Assembly: GCA_963813535.1 (NCBI GenBank) | Contig: CAWEZH010000001.1 | Coordinates: 96,001 to 160,000, forward strand | From: an uncultured Chloroflexia bacterium | GTDB taxonomy: Bacteria > Chloroflexota > Limnocylindria > Limnocylindrales > CSP1-4 | Length of the DNA stretch: 64,000 nucleotides | Direction of reading: 5' to 3' | Program-made: the position numbers and the translations under genes | Shown here: one piece after another, positions 18,331 to 26,793 of the stretch | Layout of the letters: each line of letters opens with the position of its first letter | How positions within the stretch are numbered: position 1 is the stretch's first letter | The notes under the pieces: model-generated | What the model was told of the DNA's origin: nothing | What the model saw: the letters and a program-made list of their open reading frames with translations, nothing else | Databases searched by the model: none

Positions 18331-19224
18331 ATGGACATCTCTCCGAGCACGTTGCTCGTCATCGCCGTCGCCACGACGACAGCCAGCTTGCTGATCGTCG
18401 TCGGGTCGGCAACCTGGAGCCGCACGGATCGCATGCGCCGCATGGCGACCGCGGATTCACTGCCGATGACGTCCCCGGTCGATTCGATGCGTGCGGGCGC
18501 GTGGTCGGGGCCGCGGTCGATGGCGTCGAGCGACGTCCGACAAGGGGCTGACGCGGGCCCGGAGCAACGGTCGTTCGATCTGACGGAGCCGGTCGATCGC
18601 GAGACCGTCGTCGGCGAACGCGGGCTACGCATCGCCGAAAACCCCGACGCCGGGGGCGCCGAGGGCATCGATGCCACGGATGCCGAGTCGCCGCCGGCTC
18701 GCAGCGCGGCGGCCGGGACTCGCGGTCGCGATGCCCTGACTGGTCTGCTGGATGCGGTCGCGTTCGAGGACGTGCTGGCCCACGAGGATGCCCGCGAGGG
18801 GCGCTACCGCCGACCCGCGACCGTCGTCATGCTCGAACTCGACGGCCTCGACCGCCTCGTCGAGCGCCTCGGGCCGGCCGCTGGTGATCGCGTCGAACCA
18901 GCCCTCGCGGATACGATCTCGCGCCTTGCTCGGCGCGCTGACTACGTCGCCCGTCTTGGCCCGGGACACTTCGCAGTCCTGATGCCCGAGACCGACGAGA
19001 TCGTGGCCATCAACTACATCGAACGGGTCCGTCGGGCGTGCGAGCTGTGGCTCGAATCGGGCGCGATCGCCATGCGCCTGGCGATCGGCTGGGCGAGCAC
19101 GAGCGGGGATGTGTCGCTGGCGGCGGTGATGCGCACCGCGGCGGACCGGATGCACATCGAGCGGCGGCGGAATGCCCGGCTCCTCGCGAGTGTCGTGGCG
19201 GGGGTCGATCCGCCTCGGTCCTGA
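18331..19224 (+). CDS. Membrane-anchored degenerate GGDEF protein (paralogue 2)
   Basis: TM helix, RDALTGL, ARLGPGHFAVL. Shares AINYIERVRRACELWLESGAIAMR with paralogue 1. The start may instead be GTG 18313. Confidence 0.85.
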   Translation: MDISPSTLLVIAVATTTASLLIVVGSATWSRTDRMRRMATADSLPMTSPVDSMRAGAWSGPRSMASSDVRQGADAGPEQRSFDLTEPVDRETVVGERGLRIAENPDAGGAEGIDATDAESPPARSAAAGTRGRDALTGLLDAVAFEDVLAHEDAREGRYRRPATVVMLELDGLDRLVERLGPAAGDRVEPALADTISRLARRADYVARLGPGHFAVLMPETDEIVAINYIERVRRACELWLESGAIAMRLAIGWASTSGDVSLAAVMRTAADRMHIERRRNARLLASVVAGVDPPRS

Positions 19225-19227
19225 GCG

Positions 19228-20820
19228 TCAGTCGACGCCGCGACGGATCGCGCGACCCGGTGTCGCACCGGTGTGCTCGCCGTCGCGAACGACCGGGATT
19301 CCATTCACGATGACGTGGTCGATACCGGTCGGGAACCGGCGCGGCTCGTCGTAGGTGGCGTTGCTGCGTACGGTGGCTGGGTCGAACACGACGAGATCGG
19401 CGATGTTGCCCTCGCGGATGGTGCCGCGCTGACGGAAGCCCAGACGCGCGGCCGCGGCGCCGGTCATCTTGTGGACCGCCTGCTCCATGGAGAGCAGTCG
19501 GTCATCACGCACGAACTGGCCGAGGATGCGGGGGTAGGAACCGTATGTCCGCGGGCTTGGCTTGGCCCCGATGAACGTCGAGTCGGTGCCGACCATCCCG
19601 ACGGGGTGCTTCACGAACTCGGGGAGTGATTCGCTCCACGGACCGCTCGTCACCTGGTTGACGCCGAGATCCTCGGCGAGGAGCAAGTCACAGATCGCGT
19701 CGACCGGGTCCTGCCCCGTCTCCGCCATCACGTCGGCGAGCGTGCAAGCCTCCCAGCGCATGAGGTCCGATCTGGTGAAGTTGCCGAGTCGGAGGTCCGA
19801 CCAACCGGCCGCGCTGGTGTACGCCGGACCCATCTCGATCCTCAGACGCTCGCGCGTCGCCCGGTCCGCGAGGCGTTCCTTCAAGGCGACCGGTCCACCG
19901 GCCTGGACCCATTGCGGGAGCTGGATGAGCAGCCGGGTGCTCGCCCACTCGTAGGGATACGTGTCGAACGTGACGTCGAGACCCTCGGCGCGGGCATCAT
20001 CGACGAGGGCGAGCATCCGGTCGGGGCCGCCGGGGTGCGTCTGGCGGTGATAGAAGTGGGTGATGTGGGCGGGAGCGCCTGACCGGCGCCCGATCTCGAT
20101 CGCTTCCCTGAACGGATCGAGGTACCGGTCGCCCAGCGTGTAGCGGACGTGGCTGTGATAGAAGCCGCCCGACTGGCCGGCAGTGGCCGCCAGCGCGGCA
20201 AGCTCCTCGGTCGGCGCGAAGCTGCCGGGCGGATAGTCGAGGCCCGAGCTCAGGCCGACGGCGCCATCGGCCATCGCGTCACGGAGCGTGCCCGCCATCC
20301 GGTCCAGCGCGGCCGCGTCGGCCGGAACGTCGTCCCACCCGAGGGCGTCGATGCGCAGCTGGCTGTTCCCGACCAGCGTCCCGACGTTGACGCTGACAGT
20401 GCCGTCGTACTTCGCCAGGTAATCGGCGACCGTCCGCCAGTCATAAGCGATGTCCGGTCGGCCATCGAGCCCGGAGTCGAGGTGGACGAAGGCCTCGAGG
20501 TCCTCGCGGCGGCGGAACGGCGCGAAGCCATTGCCATCGACGCCGACGATCTCCGTCGTGACGCCCTGGCGGACCTTGGGTTCGTGGAGCGGTTCGGCCA
20601 GGATGACCAGACCGCCATGGCTGTGGAGATCGATAAAACCGGGGGCGACGACGCGGCCGGTCGCGTCGATGGTGGTCCGCGCGTTTGCAGGTGGCTCTGC
20701 GTCGGGGTCGAGGCGCCGGATGCGATCGCCCTCGACGATGACGGTTCCTGGCCGCCCGGGCGCACCGGTCCCGTCGACGATGGTGCCGCCCGTGATCAGG
20801 AGCTCGACGCTGTCGATCAC
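19228..20820 (-). CDS. N-acyl-D-amino-acid deacylase (D-aminoacylase) family amidohydrolase
   Basis: APGFIDLHSH, RQGVTTE, GLSSGLDY.PG, HSH, FDTYPY, PRTYGSYPR, ADLVVFDP. Confidence 0.9.
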   Translation of the reverse strand: MIDSVELLITGGTIVDGTGAPGRPGTVIVEGDRIRRLDPDAEPPANARTTIDATGRVVAPGFIDLHSHGGLVILAEPLHEPKVRQGVTTEIVGVDGNGFAPFRRREDLEAFVHLDSGLDGRPDIAYDWRTVADYLAKYDGTVSVNVGTLVGNSQLRIDALGWDDVPADAAALDRMAGTLRDAMADGAVGLSSGLDYPPGSFAPTEELAALAATAGQSGGFYHSHVRYTLGDRYLDPFREAIEIGRRSGAPAHITHFYHRQTHPGGPDRMLALVDDARAEGLDVTFDTYPYEWASTRLLIQLPQWVQAGGPVALKERLADRATRERLRIEMGPAYTSAAGWSDLRLGNFTRSDLMRWEACTLADVMAETGQDPVDAICDLLLAEDLGVNQVTSGPWSESLPEFVKHPVGMVGTDSTFIGAKPSPRTYGSYPRILGQFVRDDRLLSMEQAVHKMTGAAAARLGFRQRGTIREGNIADLVVFDPATVRSNATYDEPRRFPTGIDHVIVNGIPVVRDGEHTGATPGRAIRRGVD

Positions 20821-22154
20821 GCGGTGACCTTACCGGGTGAGAGCAGGCCCTCCAGTCGACGGCCGCGGACCCATGCCGCCCGGACCATGTCGGGATGCGC
20901 CCGGAAGATCATGCGGCTCGCCAGGTCCTCGGGGTCGTCGTCGACCACGCCCGGGATCGGCGCGATCATCGACGGATCGACCGCGATCACGTCCGCTTCC
21001 TTGCCCGTCTCGAGCGAGCCGATCGTGTCACCGAGCCCGAGCGCCTCGGCGCCGCCGAGCGACCCCAGCCGCAGCCAGTCGAGGGGCTTCAGCACATGCC
21101 CCTGTTCGAGGCCGGCCACGCGTCGCGCGTTCTGCGCATACGAGCCGACCCGCATCACGCTGAAGATCGAGAGGTCGGGCCCGCCCGCGACGTCCGACCC
21201 GAGGCCGAGCCGCAGCCCCGCCTCGACATAGCGGCCGAGGGGCATCACGCCGGATGCCAGGAACAGGTTCGAGATCGGACAGTGCGCCACCCGGGTCCCG
21301 CTCTCGACGAGCCGGCCGAGCTCGCGGTCCGATAGATGGACCGCATGCGCGAGCACGGTCCGCTCGCCGAGCCCGCCGGCGCGGTCGTAGACGTCGACGT
21401 AGTCGAGCGCTTCCGGGAACAGCCGTTCGACCTCCGCGATCTCACCGTGATCCTCGGACACATGCGTCTGCCAGTACGAACCGGTCGAGGCGGCGAGGGC
21501 CGCCGATTCGCGCAGCAGGTCGGCCGTGCACGAGATCGCAAACCGCGGGGTGACGGCGTATCGGAGTCGACCATCGTCGGCCCCATGCCACCGGTCGATC
21601 AGGCGAGCACTCTCGGCGAGCGACCGGTCGAGGATGGTCGAGGGGTCGATCGTCGGGTCGTAGGTGATGCGATCCATCATCACCTTGCCGACGATCGCAC
21701 GGATCCCGTGCGCCTCGGCCGCCCGGAACGTGGCATCGAGGCTGGCCTCGTACACGGCACCGTACACCAGCGCGGTGGTGGTCCCGGCGGCGGCGAAGGC
21801 GCGCCAGGCGGCCGGCGCGACGCGCTCGGCGGTCTCGACGTCGAACCCGCGCTCCAACGGGAAGATGTAGCGCTCGAGCCACGCCAGCAGGTCCATCCCG
21901 GCACCGAGCCCCGCGTTCGGGAGCTGGGGCAGATGGGCGTGGAGGTCGACCATGCCCGGCATCAGCACCCAGGGCCGCAGGTCGATCGCGTCCGCAACCG
22001 CGTCCTGTCGACCCGACGTCGCCCCGGCCGAGACGATCCGGCCGCCTCCGTCGACCTCCACGAGCGCATCGGGTTCGTGACGCATGCCACCGTCCCCGAG
22101 CGGTGTCAGCAGACGACCGCGCAGGACGAACGGGGGCGTGGTCGGCAGTTCCAC
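20817..22154 (-). CDS. guaD: Guanine deaminase
   Basis: PGMVDLHAHLPQ, LLAWLERYIFP, GKVMMDR, VTPRFA, QTHVSE, HCPISN..LASG, GSDVAGG. Start is GTG 22154 (TAGCCT 7 nt upstream) or ATG 22175. Confidence 0.93.
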   Translation of the reverse strand: MELPTTPPFVLRGRLLTPLGDGGMRHEPDALVEVDGGGRIVSAGATSGRQDAVADAIDLRPWVLMPGMVDLHAHLPQLPNAGLGAGMDLLAWLERYIFPLERGFDVETAERVAPAAWRAFAAAGTTTALVYGAVYEASLDATFRAAEAHGIRAIVGKVMMDRITYDPTIDPSTILDRSLAESARLIDRWHGADDGRLRYAVTPRFAISCTADLLRESAALAASTGSYWQTHVSEDHGEIAEVERLFPEALDYVDVYDRAGGLGERTVLAHAVHLSDRELGRLVESGTRVAHCPISNLFLASGVMPLGRYVEAGLRLGLGSDVAGGPDLSIFSVMRVGSYAQNARRVAGLEQGHVLKPLDWLRLGSLGGAEALGLGDTIGSLETGKEADVIAVDPSMIAPIPGVVDDDPEDLASRMIFRAHPDMVRAAWVRGRRLEGLLSPGKVTA

Positions 22155-22180
22155 GCGCGACAGGCTACCGGACATGAAAC

Positions 22181-22204
22181 GACCCGGATCGTCCGATCCG
22201 GGTC
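22181..22204 (-). terminator. Probable intrinsic terminator
   Basis: GACCCGGATC-N4-GATCCGGGTC followed by GTTT on the minus strand, downstream of the 62-aa gene. Confidence 0.55.
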
Positions 22205-22349
22205 AGGATCCCTGCGGCGGGTCCCCTCAGGCGTTCGCGCGCGGCGTGCCGGCCAAGGCGCCGGCGAGCAGCCGAGCGAGCGCACGTCAGTGTGCGTGAG
22301 CGAGGCGGCGGAGCCGGCAACGCCGGCCCGCGCGTCGCCCCGGACGCCG

Positions 22350-22538
22350 CTATCGCTTTTTGCCGCGGACTTCGATGAGGTGGGCCGTCCACTCCGACCC
22401 GCCGCGGTCGATGGTCGCCGAGCTGCCATGCCAGCCGCACGTGCAGGTGATGGTCTGAGCCTGGTGCTTGTACTCGTCGATCACGTGCTTGAACGGCTCA
22501 TTCGCGACGGCGGGCTTGACGGGGGGACGGCTATTCAA
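22350..22538 (-). CDS. 62-aa protein with a putative Zn-binding motif (H...CxC...H)
   Basis: FKHVI...ITCTCGWHG...WTAH. GAGG SD before TTG; TAGAAT -10 at 22593-22598. Confidence 0.65.
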   Translation of the reverse strand: MNSRPPVKPAVANEPFKHVIDEYKHQAQTITCTCGWHGSSATIDRGGSEWTAHLIEVRGKKR

Positions 22539-22630
22539 TGGGGACCTCTGTGCGTGGACGGACTCGGGTCCGCGGGTCGACGGGGGTCCCCCATTCTAGC
22601 CAATTCGGCCATCCCCCGCTGGGACCCGAG

Positions 22631-24163
22631 TCAGTCGGGTCCGAGGTGATACCCGAGGCGACGGGGTAGTCGACTGATCTCGCGCAGCACGCGACCAGGG
22701 TCCTCGCCACGCTCTTCCATCGATTCTCGACGGGCTGCGGCCTCCCTGATCAAGCGAGCACCGACGAACCGAGCGGGCTCCGGCGGGAACGCCCGAGGCG
22801 GCCGACCGTTAGCGAGCGGCAGCGCGAGCGCCGGGTCCCCGGCAGCCTCCACGGCCCGCGCCGCGAGGATCCGACCGCCGACCACGGACGGTCCGACGCC
22901 GTTGCCGCTATATCCCTGGCCGTAATGGATGGGCCGGTCTCGGACCGAGCCGAACCACGGCAGATGATCCGCCGTGATGTCGATCGGACCGCCCCATGCG
23001 TCCTCGATGCGGACGTCGGCGAGTGACGGGAAGAGCCGCCGCAAGCCGGCGGCCGCGCGGCGGGCGTCACCGAGATCGTCGGTGTAGACCGGTCCGATGC
23101 GACCGCCGAACCCGGCACGCCCGCCACCACCGCCGAGGGCGATCCGGCCGTCCGGGGTCGTCCGCAGGTAGTGGAGGGTGAAGCGCCCATCGGCGACGCC
23201 CTCGCCACCGGTCCAGCCGAGGTCGGCCAGGCGACCGGGGATCGGCTCGGTCAGGACGATGTACGACGACCACGTCACGAGCCGACGACCGAACCACGGC
23301 CACGCCGCAGCCCACGCATTCAGCGCGAGGATCGCCGACCCGGCGAGGACCTCGCCGTCACCCGTCGCCGATCGCGTGCGGATGCGCACCGGTCGCACGC
23401 CGATCCCGTTGCCTCGCCGCGCGGGCGCCCGGCGGGTGCGGGCACCGACCGCTCCGAGGGGCATAGGACGCTGACCCTCGACCTCGACCGCCTCCGTGCC
23501 TTCGAAGATCGTGACGCCGCGTTCCAGCAGGACGCGCCGGAGACCGCGCGCCAGCGTCGCCGGTTGCACGGTCGCCGCGCCGGGCATGAACGCGCCCTCG
23601 CGGAACACCGGGGAACGCACCCGCGCCGCGACCTCCGCCGTGGACATCGGCACGAGCCGATCTCCCAGCCCGTGGCCGCGGAGGGCTTCCATGGCCTCGT
23701 CCCACGATCCATCCTGGGCCGGCGCCGCACTGGCGGACAGCGACCCCGCCTTCGTGTACCAGGCGTCGATGTCATGCTCGGAGCAGAACGTGCCGACCGC
23801 ATCGACGGCCGCCTCCATGGCATCGCCCATCGCCCGTGCACCGACCGGTCCGTAGCGCTCGAGCAGCGTCGGGAACTCGTCCCACCAATTCGTGACGAAC
23901 CCGCCGTTCCGACCCGACGGGCCACTGCCGCAGATGTCGCTCTCGATCAGTACGACCCGGGCGCCCGGCTCCAGCTCGGTCACGCGCAGGGCGGCCCACA
24001 TCCCGGTGTAGCCGCCACCGACGACGGCTACGTCCGCCGTGGTCGTGCCGCGCAACGGTGGCGTGGCCGTGGCCAGGTGCGGCGCGGTCGCAGCTTCCGC
24101 GGCGAGGGCCTCGCGGAGCCACCACGACCGCCGGGCGCCGCTCGGCCGAACACCACCGAGCAT
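22631..24163 (-). CDS. FAD-dependent oxidoreductase (DAO/PuuB-like)
   Basis: SWW, DVAVVGGGYTG, GPSGRNGG, VQPATLARGL, WGGPID, GYSGNGVGPS. Confidence 0.9.
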   Translation of the reverse strand: MLGGVRPSGARRSWWLREALAAEAATAPHLATATPPLRGTTTADVAVVGGGYTGMWAALRVTELEPGARVVLIESDICGSGPSGRNGGFVTNWWDEFPTLLERYGPVGARAMGDAMEAAVDAVGTFCSEHDIDAWYTKAGSLSASAAPAQDGSWDEAMEALRGHGLGDRLVPMSTAEVAARVRSPVFREGAFMPGAATVQPATLARGLRRVLLERGVTIFEGTEAVEVEGQRPMPLGAVGARTRRAPARRGNGIGVRPVRIRTRSATGDGEVLAGSAILALNAWAAAWPWFGRRLVTWSSYIVLTEPIPGRLADLGWTGGEGVADGRFTLHYLRTTPDGRIALGGGGGRAGFGGRIGPVYTDDLGDARRAAAGLRRLFPSLADVRIEDAWGGPIDITADHLPWFGSVRDRPIHYGQGYSGNGVGPSVVGGRILAARAVEAAGDPALALPLANGRPPRAFPPEPARFVGARLIREAAARRESMEERGEDPGRVLREISRLPRRLGYHLGPD

Positions 24164-24169
24164 CCGTCG

Positions 24170-25246
24170 TCAGCCGGTCTGTGGGAGCAGGCTCGGGTCG
24201 ATCAGGTCGTCGACGGTGACCGGATTCGGCACGAGCCCGAGCTCGGTCATGTACGCCATCGATGCCTCCCAGTCGCTTGCCTCGATCGCACCGAGACCGC
24301 CCTGTTCCTGGACCGGTCCCCGCCACACCTCGATCGTCGCGTCGAGGATGGCGGCCTGCGTCTCGCGCGTCGAGGCGAGCTCGGGGACGGCCGTGATCGC
24401 CGCGTCGACCCCGACATCCGGGTCCTGGCTGATCTCCTCCATGGCCCGCAGCGTGGCGGCAACGAAGGCTGCGATGGCATCGCCCTTGGCCTCCAGCGCG
24501 GCCTGCCCGACGATCAGCCCGTTGCCAGGCAGCGGCGTGATCTCATCGACGCGGAGGACGTTCACGGCCTCGCCCGTCAGCTCCAACTGGACCGGCTCGT
24601 TGTTGGCGAACCCCGTCGCTGCGTTGACCGCTCCCTGGGCCACGGCCGCTCCCTGCCCGAAGTCGGGGTATTCGACGATCTCGAGGTCATCGGGCGTGAG
24701 CCCGGCCGACTTCAGTAGCGCCTGGAGCATGATCCACGACGATCCGAAGCGACCGGGGATGCCCAGCTTCTTGCCCTCGAGGTCCTTGGCGTCATCGATG
24801 CCGGACGACGCCTTCGCGAACACGACCGACGGGAAGCGACCGTAGATCGTCGCGACGTACTTGATCGGGATCCCGTTGCTGACCGCCGGGATGACACTGG
24901 TCCCGTCGGCCAGTCCGAGGTCGATGGATCCCTGGCCGACCAGGGTCACGAGGTCGGGATCGATCTTGTTCTGGAACGTGACGTCCAGGCCCGCCTCCTC
25001 GTAGTAGCCGGCCTGATCGGCCAGGTAGAACTGGGCGAACTGGACGCTCGGGATGAAGCCCAGTCCGACGGTCAGCGCGACCGGCTCCTGGCTCGGCTCC
25101 GGTTCCGAGCTCGGTCCACCGCTCGGCGATCCGGACGGAGCCGCGGTCGGGACACCGCTCGACGACGGACCGCCGGACCCCGCGCCGCACGCCGCGACGA
25201 GGAGGCTCGAGAGGGCCAGGAGGGAGATGAGCAGACGACGGGACAC
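24170..25246 (-). CDS. ABC substrate-binding lipoprotein, NMT1/THI5-like (resembles RibY)
   Basis: Lipobox VAAC; LGFIPSVQFAQFYLA..AGYY, DLEGKKLG.PG.FGSS. Confidence 0.9.
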   Translation of the reverse strand: MSRRLLISLLALSSLLVAACGAGSGGPSSSGVPTAAPSGSPSGGPSSEPEPSQEPVALTVGLGFIPSVQFAQFYLADQAGYYEEAGLDVTFQNKIDPDLVTLVGQGSIDLGLADGTSVIPAVSNGIPIKYVATIYGRFPSVVFAKASSGIDDAKDLEGKKLGIPGRFGSSWIMLQALLKSAGLTPDDLEIVEYPDFGQGAAVAQGAVNAATGFANNEPVQLELTGEAVNVLRVDEITPLPGNGLIVGQAALEAKGDAIAAFVAATLRAMEEISQDPDVGVDAAITAVPELASTRETQAAILDATIEVWRGPVQEQGGLGAIEASDWEASMAYMTELGLVPNPVTVDDLIDPSLLPQTG

Positions 25247-25267
25247 GGGACCTCCAGGGCTGGCAGG

Positions 25268-26017
25268 TTAGCGGGCGCCGACGACTCGGCGCTCGATGAG
25301 CACGACGACGAGGTAGAGGACGATCCCGACCAGCGCGATCGTCAAAAGCGTGGCGAACATCAGCGGGATGTCGAAGAGCGAGCCGCGGGCGAGGTTGATG
25401 AGGACGCCGAGGCCCTTCTCCGCTCCGGCCCACTCGCCGACGATCGCCCCGACGACGGCCAGCGTCACGCCGACGCGCATGCCGCCGAGGATGCTCGGCA
25501 ATGCGGCCGGGATCTCGAGCGTGGTCAGCACCTGGCGCCGGGTGGCACGCAGCGAGCGACCGAGCTCGAGCAGCCGGGCATCGACGGAGTTGATGCCGAC
25601 CATCGTGGCCACCGCGACCGGGAAGAACACGATCAACGCACAGATGACGACCTTGCCGACCAGCCCGGGCCCGAACCACAGGGCGATGAGCGGGGCGAGC
25701 GCAAGGATCGGCGTCGCCTGGGCGGCGACGAGGTACGGGGACAGCACCCGCTCGACGAGGGCGCTGCGAGCGAGCGCATAGCCCACGATGAGCGCCGATC
25801 CGGCCCCGACGAGGAAGCCGAGCGCGACCTCGCCGAGGGTCGCGACCAGGTGCGGCTGGATGGTCCCGGCCGACCACGCTGAGACCCATCGGCTCGCGAC
25901 CGAGCCCGGCGGCGGCAGGATGAACGGGGGAAAGCCGCTGACGATCACGACCAGCTGCCACACGACGACGAACCCGATGAGGGCCGCCAGGACGGATCCC
26001 ACGGCGGTCCGGCTCAT
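25268..26017 (-). CDS. ABC transporter permease (NitT/TauT type)
   Basis: FILPPP, QATPILALAP, EAA-like LELGRSLRAT, VGAIVGEW...GLG. Confidence 0.92.
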   Translation of the reverse strand: MSRTAVGSVLAALIGFVVVWQLVVIVSGFPPFILPPPGSVASRWVSAWSAGTIQPHLVATLGEVALGFLVGAGSALIVGYALARSALVERVLSPYLVAAQATPILALAPLIALWFGPGLVGKVVICALIVFFPVAVATMVGINSVDARLLELGRSLRATRRQVLTTLEIPAALPSILGGMRVGVTLAVVGAIVGEWAGAEKGLGVLINLARGSLFDIPLMFATLLTIALVGIVLYLVVVLIERRVVGAR

Positions 26018-26793
26018 GCGGCCGCCTCCTCGCCAAGGTGCCGCCGGATCTCCCGCGCCGTGCTCGTCACCACGGCGGCGTCGAGATCGGCGATCGAGCG
26101 GGGCCGGGGCAGCTCCACGGGAAGCTCGGCCACGACTCGACCCGGTCGGGGCGACAGGACGACCACCCGATCGGCCACGAGGATCGCCTCGGCGATGCTG
26201 TGGGTCACGAGAACGATCGTCGGAGCGGCACGCTCCCAGAGCTTGAGCAGTTCGAGATCGAAACGTTCGCGGCTTAGGGCGTCGAGGGCGCTGAAGGGCT
26301 CGTCCAGCAACAGCACGCCAGGCTCGAGCGCGAGCGCCCGGGCGATCGCGACACGCTGCGCCTGGCCGCCCGACAGCTCGGCCGGTCGATTGCCAAGGAC
26401 CGTTGGATCGAGGCCGACGAGGTCCGTGAGCGCCGCGAGTCGCTCGCGCCGCTGGTCGGCTGGCCAACCGGCGAGATCGAGCGGGTAGGTCATGTTGTCG
26501 GCGGCCGACCGCCACGGCAGGAGACGCGGCTCCTGGAACACCAGCCCGATGCGCGGGTCCGGCCGCCTGATCGGGTCGTCGTCGAGCGTCACGGTCCCGC
26601 GCTCCGGTACCAGCAGCCCGGCCATGACGCGCAGCAGCGTCGACTTGCCCGACCCGTTCGGCCCGATGAGCGCGACGATCCCGCCGCCCGCGACCGCGAG
26701 GTCGAGGTCGTCGAGCACGGGCAGTCGCCCGCCACCGCGCATCGGGAATGAGAGCTCGACATGCTCGACCCTGATCGCGCCACGGCCGCTCAT
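26014..26793 (-). CDS. ABC transporter ATP-binding protein (NitT/TauT type)
   Basis: GPNGSGKST, LSGGQ, LLLDEPFSALD, VTH. Confidence 0.95.
   Translation of the reverse strand: MSGRGAIRVEHVELSFPMRGGGRLPVLDDLDLAVAGGGIVALIGPNGSGKSTLLRVMAGLLVPERGTVTLDDDPIRRPDPRIGLVFQEPRLLPWRSAADNMTYPLDLAGWPADQRRERLAALTDLVGLDPTVLGNRPAELSGGQAQRVAIARALALEPGVLLLDEPFSALDALSRERFDLELLKLWERAAPTIVLVTHSIAEAILVADRVVVLSPRPGRVVAELPVELPRPRSIADLDAAVVTSTAREIRRHLGEEAAA

Noticed and set aside
22175-22240. Hairpin immediately before guaD as a purine riboswitch platform
   Set aside because: No recognisable aptamer. A TAGCCT box 7 nt before GTG 22154 suggests a leaderless guaD, which makes the hairpin the upstream gene's terminator.
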